Positions 8,415-15,110 of a stretch of 27,854 bases of DNA are shown in pieces. The position numbers were made by a program, and so were the translations under genes. The first letter of the stretch is position 1, and each line of letters opens with the position of its first letter. Below the pieces are notes generated by a model, which saw only the letters and a list, made by a program, of their open reading frames with translations, had not been told where the DNA came from and did not search any database. The DNA comes from Gaiellaceae bacterium (lineage in GTDB: Bacteria; Actinomycetota; Thermoleophilia; Gaiellales; Gaiellaceae). Location: positions 1-27,854 of the forward strand of contig JBIOZO010000077.1 in assembly GCA_044871215.1 (NCBI GenBank). The letters are read 5' to 3'.

Positions 8415-9845
8415 GTGCGCGCAAAGATCTTCGCGGAGGAGAACCGCAGGTGGTGGACGTTGGGGGCGCTCTGCTTCGCCCTCTTCATGATCATGTTGGA
8501 CAACACCGTTGTGAACGTCGCACTGCCGGCGATCAGGGCGGACCTCGGAATCAGCGTGTCCGAGCTCGAGTGGACGGTCGCGGCCTACGCGCTGACCTTC
8601 GCGTCGCTCCTGCTCACGGGCGGGAAACTCGGCGACCTGCTGGGCCGGCGCCTGATCTTCACGATCGGCCTTGCGGTCTTCACCCTCTCCTCGCTCGCCT
8701 GCGGCCTTTCCTCGAGCGCGCCCGAATTGATCGGCGCCCGCGCGGTGCAGGGGATCGGCGCAGCACTGATGATGCCCGCGACGCTGTCGATCATCTCGGC
8801 AACGTTCCACGCGCGCGAGCGCGGGATGGCGATCGGGATCTGGGCGGGCGTCTCAGCCATGGCGCTCGCGATCGGCCCACTGCTCGGCGGTGTGATCACC
8901 GAGCACATCTCCTGGAACTGGATCTTCTACGTCAACGTCCCGATCGGGGTCGTCGCCGTGCTCGCCGCGATCTTCGTCGTGCCCGAGTCGCGAGACACCT
9001 CGCACGAGCAGCGCCTCGACTTACCCGGCCTGCTCACGTCGGGGGTCGGCCTTTTCGCGCTCGTGTACGCCCTGATCGAGGCGAACACATACGGGTGGAC
9101 CTCGGCGCGCATCCTCGGCCTGTTCGTGGTCGCAGCCGTCGCGCTGACGTCGTTCGTCCTGCTCGAGATGCACCAGCGTCTGCCGCTGCTCGACCTCTCG
9201 CTTTTCCGGAACGGCACGTTCGCCGGAGCGAACCTCGTTGCGATCCTCGTCACGCTCGCGATGTTCGGGATCTTCGTCTTCTTCCCGATCTACATGCAGA
9301 CCTTCCGCGGCTGGTCGCCGATCCAGGCGGGCGCGGCGCTGCTGCCGTGGACGCTGATGGTCGTCGTCTTCGCACCGATCGCGGGCAAGCTCTCCGATCG
9401 CGTCGGGTCGCGCTGGTTGATGGCCGGCGGGATGACCGTGGTCGCCGTCTGCTGCCTGCTGCTCTCGACGGTGACGCTGCAGTCGAGCTTCTGGAACATG
9501 CTCCCGGCGTTCATCCTCGGCGGACTCGGGATGTCGTTCGTGATGACGCCGATGTCGGCCGCCGCCATGGGCGCAGCGCCGGTCGACAAGGCGGGTGTGG
9601 CTTCGGGTGTGCTGAACACGTTCCGCCAGGTCGGGGTCGCGCTCGGGATCGGGATCATGGGCGCGATCATCGCCAACCGCGCCGCGAGCCACGGCGGCCC
9701 GGCGCCGGAGGCGTTCGTCTACGGCCTCACCTTCGGGATGAAGGTCAGTGCGGGGATCTGCTTCGCCGCGGCGATCGCCGCGGCCACGCTCGTGCGCCGC
9801 TACCGGCATGCCGAGGCGAGCACGCCGGCAGAGGCGGCCGCGTGA
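8415..9845 (+). CDS. MFS drug:H+ antiporter, DHA2 (EmrB/QacA) family, 476 aa
   Basis: LDNTVVNVALP (motif D1), GGKLGDLLGRR (motif A) and 'GPLLGG' (motif C); about 14 TM; SD AGGAGG before the GTG at 8415. Confidence 0.95.
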   Translation: MRAKIFAEENRRWWTLGALCFALFMIMLDNTVVNVALPAIRADLGISVSELEWTVAAYALTFASLLLTGGKLGDLLGRRLIFTIGLAVFTLSSLACGLSSSAPELIGARAVQGIGAALMMPATLSIISATFHARERGMAIGIWAGVSAMALAIGPLLGGVITEHISWNWIFYVNVPIGVVAVLAAIFVVPESRDTSHEQRLDLPGLLTSGVGLFALVYALIEANTYGWTSARILGLFVVAAVALTSFVLLEMHQRLPLLDLSLFRNGTFAGANLVAILVTLAMFGIFVFFPIYMQTFRGWSPIQAGAALLPWTLMVVVFAPIAGKLSDRVGSRWLMAGGMTVVAVCCLLLSTVTLQSSFWNMLPAFILGGLGMSFVMTPMSAAAMGAAPVDKAGVASGVLNTFRQVGVALGIGIMGAIIANRAASHGGPAPEAFVYGLTFGMKVSAGICFAAAIAAATLVRRYRHAEASTPAEAAA

Positions 9846-10435
9846 GCTCGAGGCTCTCGGGGCCGGAGCGGCGGCAGGCGGTCGTCGAGACGGCCTGCCG
9901 CGTCTTCGCCAAGAGCAGCTACCGCGGCTCGACGACCGCGCAGATCGCACGCGAGACCGGAGTTACCGAGCCGGTGCTCTACCGCCACTTCGCGTCGAAG
10001 CGCGAGCTCTATCTCGCGTGCCTCGACGCGGTATGGGAACGCGTTCGGGCGCTCTGGGAGAACGCCCTCGAGCAGGAGCCCGACCCGGCGAACTGGCTGC
10101 GCACGATCAGCAAGGCCTACCTCGAGGAACGCGGCGCGGGAAGGATCGTGCTGGTCGACCTCTGGATCCAGGCGCTCACCGAGGCTGCCGACGACCCGGA
10201 GATTCGGCGCGCGCTGCGCGCACAGCTGCGCGAGGTGCACAAGTTCGTCGCGGACGTCATCCGCCGAGCCCAGGACGCAGGAGGGCTGGTCGCCGAGCGC
10301 GACCCCGACGCCGAGGCGTGGATCTTCATCTCCCTCGGGCTGCTGTCGACGATCGATCGCCGGCTAGGCAACCTCGTCGGGGACGAGTTCGACGGCATCG
10401 TCGCGTCACGCCGCGCCTGGATGACCGGGGCGTAG
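9842..10435 (+). CDS. TetR/AcrR-family transcriptional regulator, 197 aa
   Basis: HTH 'STTAQIARETGVTEPVLYRHFASKRELY'; GTGA overlap with the MFS stop. Confidence 0.95.
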   Translation: MSSRLSGPERRQAVVETACRVFAKSSYRGSTTAQIARETGVTEPVLYRHFASKRELYLACLDAVWERVRALWENALEQEPDPANWLRTISKAYLEERGAGRIVLVDLWIQALTEAADDPEIRRALRAQLREVHKFVADVIRRAQDAGGLVAERDPDAEAWIFISLGLLSTIDRRLGNLVGDEFDGIVASRRAWMTGA

Positions 10436-10446
10436 CGCTCCGGACC

Positions 10447-10490
10447 AAAAAGAAAGCCCCCGGCTGCGGCTCCGGGGGCTTTTGGTTTTT
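10447..10490. terminator. Bidirectional intrinsic terminator
   Basis: AAAGCCCCCGG-ctgcggct-CCGGGGGCTTT (11 bp, perfect) with a T-rich tail on + (TGGTTTTT) and on - (CTTTTT). Confidence 0.85.
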
Positions 10491-10620
10491 GCGCTTTGGT
10501 GAGAGGCGACGGCCCGAAGGCCTTGGCTCTGCGGCCCAGCCACTACCTTCGGGCCTTCCGTCGCCGTCTCTGGCGCGCCCCTTGCATCCCGTAAGCCTGG
10601 CGTCCGGCTGGGTGCAAGGT
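10447..10620 (-). ncRNA. Putative ~175-nt structured small RNA, family unassigned
   Basis: Bounded by a near-consensus promoter and a terminator. It folds by eye into two long bulged hairpins plus the terminator and has no convincing ORF or downstream gene. Confidence 0.65.
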
Positions 10621-10626
10621 GGACGC

Positions 10627-10655
10627 AATATAGACCCGACCGGTGGGGGCGTCAA
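10627..10655 (-). promoter_or_regulatory. Strong housekeeping-sigma promoter driving the putative sRNA
   Basis: Minus strand: TTGACG (10655-10650), 17-nt spacer, TATATT (10632-10627); predicted +1 A at 10620. Confidence 0.8.
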
Positions 10656-10788
10656 GTAGCTCGGTCAAGTGATTTTTGTTTCCCCCAGTTCACCCCATTT
10701 GCGGCTCTGGTATGCCCTTTTTGGGGGATATTCCGAAACGGACACTTGCGGATCAGTCAAGTATCCGTTTCACTTCGCCTGCAGGCCT

Positions 10789-12141
10789 ATGTCCTCCCGC
10801 ATGTCCGCAACCCGCCAGCTTCGCCCCGCCGCCCAGCCCGGTAGCGCCCGCCTCGGCGAGCGCGTCCGCCAGCTGCGCGTGGCCGCGGGGCTGACGCAGA
10901 CCGATCTCGCCGGCGACCGTTTCTCCAAGGAGTACGTCAGCCAGATCGAGCGCGGGAAGACCAGGCCCACGCGCGAGACGATCGAGTGGCTCGCCGGGAA
11001 GCTCGGCGTCGATGCCGGCTTCCTCGAGCGCGGTGTCTCCGCCGACGAGCGCAGCCGCGTCGAGACGATGCTGGCCCGCGCGGAGGCGCTGACGAACGCC
11101 GAACGCTTCGACGAGTCGATCGAGGAGTACGACAACCTGCAGACGGCCTTGCTCGCCACGGGCGCGGTCGATCTCGAGGTTCGCGCCCTCACCGGTCGGG
11201 CGTGGGCGCTCGTGGAGCGCGGCGACGTCCGCGACGGGCTCGCCGTGCTCGAGGAGGCCCGCCAGCTCGCCGAGCGGCCGGAGTTCTCGGACATCGACCG
11301 GGCCGACCTGCTCTACCGGATGGGCTACTGCCGCTACAAGCTTTCGAGCAACGCCACCGCGCTCGGCCTCTTCAACGAGGCACTGACGCTGGCCGAGGGG
11401 TCCGGGCTCCCGTGTGACGCTCTGCGGGCCGAGATCTTCCACTCCCGGGCGCTCTGCTACCGCAAGCAGCGCGACTTCGAGGCCGCGCGCGAGGACGTCG
11501 AGCGCGCGCTCGAGCTCGCCGAGGCGCTGGACGACCGGCGCACGATGGCGGACGTGTTCCTGAACGCGTCACTCGTCGCCGAGCGGATGGGCCAGTGGGT
11601 GCTCGCGCGCAGCTACGCCGAGCGGGCCCGCGGCCACTACCAGGAGCTGAACGACGGCCGGAAGTTCGCCGGCGTGCTGAACAACCTCGGCGGCCTGAAC
11701 CTCCTGCTCGGCCGCCCCGAGCAGGCGATCGAGCACCTGAAGGCGTCGTTCGGCGCCGCGCTCGAGGTCGACAGCGTCGAGACGGCCGCGCAGGCCGAAG
11801 GCTCGCTCGCCACCGTGCACCTGCACCTCGGTGACTGGGAGCAGGCGGAGCAGCTGGCGCGACACGCGCTGTCGCTCCTGACCGACCGCGAGGATTATCT
11901 GCACGAGATCGCGCCGACCCAGCTGGTGCTGGGGCGCGCGCTCATGGAGCAGAACAAGCTCGAGGAAGCCGAGCAGTGGCTCCGCACCTCCGACTCGAGC
12001 GCCGAGCGACTGGAGTCGATCGGCCATCGAGCGGCGGCGTGGATCGCGCTCGGGGATCTCGAGACTCGCAGGAACAATCAACCCGAGGCCGCCGTGCTCT
12101 ATCGGCGTGCCGCGGAGGCGCTACAGGATGTCCGGTTCTAA
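10789..12141 (+). CDS. XRE-HTH + tetratricopeptide-repeat transcriptional regulator (NprR/PlcR-like architecture); start at 10789 or 10801
   Basis: N-terminal HTH_3 'LGERVRQLRVAAGLTQTDLA...SKEYVSQIERGKTRP...LAGKLGV' followed by roughly 8-9 helical TPR-like repeats (e.g. 'LLYRMGYCRYKL', 'VLNNLGGLNLLLG'). Confidence 0.9.
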   Translation: MSSRMSATRQLRPAAQPGSARLGERVRQLRVAAGLTQTDLAGDRFSKEYVSQIERGKTRPTRETIEWLAGKLGVDAGFLERGVSADERSRVETMLARAEALTNAERFDESIEEYDNLQTALLATGAVDLEVRALTGRAWALVERGDVRDGLAVLEEARQLAERPEFSDIDRADLLYRMGYCRYKLSSNATALGLFNEALTLAEGSGLPCDALRAEIFHSRALCYRKQRDFEAAREDVERALELAEALDDRRTMADVFLNASLVAERMGQWVLARSYAERARGHYQELNDGRKFAGVLNNLGGLNLLLGRPEQAIEHLKASFGAALEVDSVETAAQAEGSLATVHLHLGDWEQAEQLARHALSLLTDREDYLHEIAPTQLVLGRALMEQNKLEEAEQWLRTSDSSAERLESIGHRAAAWIALGDLETRRNNQPEAAVLYRRAAEALQDVRF

Positions 12142-12160
12142 GGAGTCGAAGGAGGTGAAT

Positions 12161-12283
12161 ATGTACAAGGCGCGCATGATCACTTTCGTCGTTTCGCTGT
12201 CCGTGCTGCTGGCATCGTCCGCGGGCTTCTCGCGTGGGCTGTGCTTCTTCCTTGGGAAGGGCAGCAGCTGGTTCGAGCTCTAG
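12161..12283 (+). CDS. Unannotated 40-aa secreted-type peptide MYKARMITFVVSLSVLLASSAGFSRGLCFFLGKGSSWFEL
   Basis: Perfect SD AAGGAGGTGA at 12149-12158; basic n-region, hydrophobic h-region and small-residue SSA site; 19 nt after the regulator stop; below the ORF-track length cutoff. Confidence 0.8.
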   Translation: MYKARMITFVVSLSVLLASSAGFSRGLCFFLGKGSSWFEL

Positions 12284-12294
12284 TCCGACCAGGC

Positions 12295-12327
12295 GCGTTC
12301 GGAGCGGGTCCTGAAGGCTCCGAACGC
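12295..12327 (+). terminator. Hairpin closing the regulator-peptide transcript
   Basis: GCGTTCGGAGC-11 nt-GCTCCGAACGC, a perfect 11-bp stem 11 nt after the peptide stop; no U-tract. Confidence 0.6.
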
Positions 12328-12418
12328 AGCCGGCACGCGTCGAGCCGCGCTCCTGCTCAGCGGTTCCTCGCAGATTTGCCGGCCGTCCGACCCGTATGAC
12401 CCTGGCTAGACTCGGCCC

Positions 12419-13306
12419 GTGGGTCGCGTCGTCGCCGTCCTCTTCGCGGTAGCGGCTCTCAGCGCCGGTTGCGGCGGTTCTACGACCGCTCACGCCCTCA
12501 CTCTCGACTCGATCCTCCAGCGGCCCGGCCCTGACATCGGCGTCACCGCCGGTGCCGGCGACTTCGCGCCGGGCGCCGTGCGCTTCCCGTTCCTCGTGAT
12601 CGCGAGCAACGCGAAGCCGGTCGAGCGTCCGGCTGCCGCGGTCTGGGTCGCGACGAGCCGGGACGGCAAGCCGTTCCAGCACGTGAGCGCGAAGCTCGAG
12701 CCGATCGGCGTGCCCGGCCGCTCGGAAGCTGCCTTCGGCGGGGTGCGGCGGATCTACGTCGCGCACCTGCGGATACCGCGGCCCGGCCGCTACTGGCTGG
12801 TCGCCGAGCCGCAGGGTGCCGAGCTGCAGGCGCTCGGCGCGATCGACGTGGCGTCGCGGTCGCGCAGCACCGCCGTCGGCGAACTGGCTCCGCGCTCGGA
12901 CACTCCGACGCTCGCGACGGCGCCGGCTGCCCAGATCACCACGAACACCCCGCCGGACCTCCCGCTGCTGCGCTACTCGGTGGCGGAGTCGCTGGCCGCC
13001 CACGTTCCCTTCGTGGTGACGTTCGCGACGCCGAAGTTCTGCACCAGCCGCACGTGCGGGCCGGTCGTGGACGTCGTCGAGGCCGTGCGGAAGCAGTTCG
13101 CCGCGCGCGGGATCCGCTTCATTCACGTCGAGGTGTTCGAGCACAACGACCCGACCCGCGGCTACAACCGCTGGATGCGCCAGTGGGGCCTGCGCAGCGA
13201 GCCCTGGGTGTTCCTCGTCGGCCGTGACGGCCGGGTAAAGGCGAAGTTCGAAGGATCGGTCTCCCAGCGCGAGCTCGCTGGCGCCGTGCGCGCTCACCTG
13301 GGCTAA
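12419..13306 (+). CDS. Putative lipoprotein with a C-terminal thioredoxin-like domain; leaderless
   Basis: Lipobox-like LSAG|C after a hydrophobic stretch; FCTSRTCGP (Cx4C), FIHVE and EPWVFLVGRDG resembling the cis-Pro strand. TAGACT (12407-12412) lies 6 nt before the GTG. Confidence 0.75.
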   Translation: MGRVVAVLFAVAALSAGCGGSTTAHALTLDSILQRPGPDIGVTAGAGDFAPGAVRFPFLVIASNAKPVERPAAAVWVATSRDGKPFQHVSAKLEPIGVPGRSEAAFGGVRRIYVAHLRIPRPGRYWLVAEPQGAELQALGAIDVASRSRSTAVGELAPRSDTPTLATAPAAQITTNTPPDLPLLRYSVAESLAAHVPFVVTFATPKFCTSRTCGPVVDVVEAVRKQFAARGIRFIHVEVFEHNDPTRGYNRWMRQWGLRSEPWVFLVGRDGRVKAKFEGSVSQRELAGAVRAHLG

Positions 13307-13342
13307 GCGTTTGCCGCGCCCAGTAGCGCGGGGAAGAACACG

Positions 13343-14935
13343 GTGATGGCCCCCCGATTCAACCGCACGCGGCGCGCCCGCGAAGTGGTGAGCGTCGCGC
13401 GCAGGCGGAAGCTCGTCCGCGTGATGCGCGAGCTCGGGGTCGCCGGCAGCCGGCCGGCCACGCGCGAGGGCGCCGTCGAGTTCCGCCGGGCCCTCGAGGA
13501 GCTCGGGACGACGTTCCTCAAGCTCGGCCAGCTGCTCTCCTCGCGCCCCGACCTGCTGCCCGACGTTTACATCGAGGAGCTCTCCAAGCTCGTGGACGCG
13601 GTCCCGCCGTTTCCGTTCGCCGAGGTCGAGCGAGTCGTGCGCGAGGACCTCGGCGATGCGGTGGTGCGGCTTGACCCCGAGCCGCTCGCAGCGGCCTCGA
13701 TCGCGCAGATCCACGGCGCGCTCCTCGCCGACGGGCGGGAGGTAGTCCTCAAAGTTCGCCGTCCCGGGATCGTCGAGGAGGTCGACCTCGACCTGGCGGT
13801 GGTGCGCTCGGCGGTCGAGTTCGTCGAGAAGCGCTCGGAGACGGCCGAGCTGCTGCAGCTACGCGCCCTAGCAGACGAGCTCGAGGTGCATCTCCGCGGC
13901 GAGCTCGACTTCGTCGAGGAGGGGAACAACACCGAGCTGATCGCGAAGCAGCTGGAGGACTACGACGACCTCGTTGTGCCCCTCGTGATCCACCCGTACG
14001 TGACCGAGCGCGTGCTCGTCCTCGAGCGGATCCACGGCCGCAAGCTCGACGTCGACCACGGCCTACCGCCCGACCGGGCCGGGCAGCTAGCCGCCGATTT
14101 CTTCCGCGCATACATCCGGCAGGTCACCCAGTCCGGCGTCTACCACGCCGATCCCCATCGCGGGAACGTTCTGCTCACCGACGACGGACGGCTCGCGCTG
14201 CTCGACTTCGGCTTGCTCGGTCGGCTGGACGACGAGACGCGAACGACGCTCGCGCTGCTGCTGCTCGCGCTCGCGCACAACCGCTCGGAGGACGTCGCGG
14301 CCGTCTTGCTCTCGCTCTCGCTGACGACGCTCGATTCCGACGAGCCGGGCTTCGTCCACGAGCTGCGCCGCAAGCTGCCGCGCTACCACTGGCGCCCGCT
14401 CGCGGGCATCCGCTCCGGCGAGGCGCTGGCCGACCTCCAGCGGATCTGCCTCGAGTACGGCATCCGCCTGCCGCCGAGCTTCGCGCTCGTCGGCAAGACG
14501 CTCTCGCAGGCCGATTCGATCGCGCGGACGCTCGACCCGACTCTCGACCCGATCGCGCTGATCGAGGAGGAGTCGCTCGAGTTGATGCTGACCGAGGCCG
14601 AGTCCCGGCTCGAGCCGGAGCAGCTCTTTAGCCTGCTCTTCACGCAGGTCGGGGCGCTCGCCCGCGTGCCGCGGCGGATGGCGCAGATCGCCGACCGCCT
14701 CGAAACGGGCACGCTCAAGGTCGGGGTCGTCCCGACCGGGCTGGAGAGCCTGGAGCACATGCTTCGGTCGCTCGCCAACCGGCTCGGCGCGGCGCTGATC
14801 GTCGTTGGCCTGTTGATCTCCTCCGCGCTGATGGCGCGGGTGAACCACACGGTCGCGCTCGTCGGCTTCCTGCTTTCCGGCGTGCTCGGGCTGTACATGC
14901 TCTGGCGGATCCTTCGAACCCCAGGAGACCTCTAG
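13343..14935 (+). CDS. AarF/UbiB/ABC1-family atypical kinase with C-terminal TM helices
   Basis: KLGQLLS, AAASIAQIH (A-rich loop), VLKVRRP, HADPHRGN and DFG. Confidence 0.95.
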   Translation: MMAPRFNRTRRAREVVSVARRRKLVRVMRELGVAGSRPATREGAVEFRRALEELGTTFLKLGQLLSSRPDLLPDVYIEELSKLVDAVPPFPFAEVERVVREDLGDAVVRLDPEPLAAASIAQIHGALLADGREVVLKVRRPGIVEEVDLDLAVVRSAVEFVEKRSETAELLQLRALADELEVHLRGELDFVEEGNNTELIAKQLEDYDDLVVPLVIHPYVTERVLVLERIHGRKLDVDHGLPPDRAGQLAADFFRAYIRQVTQSGVYHADPHRGNVLLTDDGRLALLDFGLLGRLDDETRTTLALLLLALAHNRSEDVAAVLLSLSLTTLDSDEPGFVHELRRKLPRYHWRPLAGIRSGEALADLQRICLEYGIRLPPSFALVGKTLSQADSIARTLDPTLDPIALIEEESLELMLTEAESRLEPEQLFSLLFTQVGALARVPRRMAQIADRLETGTLKVGVVPTGLESLEHMLRSLANRLGAALIVVGLLISSALMARVNHTVALVGFLLSGVLGLYMLWRILRTPGDL

Positions 14936-14995
14936 CAGGACACGAGCCAAACGTCACGAAATCGGGCGAGGCAGAACAAGCTCCTCCTCTCCCCT

Positions 14996-15029
14996 AGGTG
15001 ACGGCGGCTTCGGCCGTCGTCGCCTTTTT
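14996..15029 (+). terminator. Intrinsic terminator with a UUCG tetraloop
   Basis: AGGTGACGGCGGC-ttcg-GCCGTCGTCGCCT (13 bp including 2 G:U pairs) followed by TTTT. Confidence 0.8.
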
Positions 15030-15110
15030 GGAGGGAATACGGGCGAACCGTCCCTCGTACATGGACGAAACCCCTACAGTTCCCGAAACCGATTTCAGGG
15101 AGAAGCCGCC

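Noticed and set aside
10543-10587. 14-codon Arg-rich ORF MQGARQRRRRKARR inside the putative sRNA (extendable to a TTG near +4)
   Set aside because: No SD, the ATG is buried in hairpin 1, Arg-rich ORFs are expected by chance in GC-rich stems, and there is no downstream gene to attenuate. It is not fully excluded without Ribo-seq.
10447-10620. Assignment of the RNA to SRP, 6S, tRNA, tmRNA or a known riboswitch
   Set aside because: It lacks the SRP helix-8 CAGG...GGAA...AGCAG core and a cloverleaf, its ends do not pair as in 6S, and I see no recognisable aptamer core or downstream gene.
10669-10788. N-terminal extension of the regulator in the ORF track (490 aa)
   Set aside because: It runs through an AT-rich promoter-like region with atypical codons. 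The HTH begins shortly after ATG 10789/10801.
12161-12283. Peptide as a type I toxin, lipoprotein or Agr-type thiolactone precursor
   Set aside because: I see no antisense complementarity to the nearby sRNA, the Cys is not in a lipobox (RGLC), and there is no AgrB/AgrC in the window. A signal-peptide layout beside a TPR receptor fits better, but remains inference.
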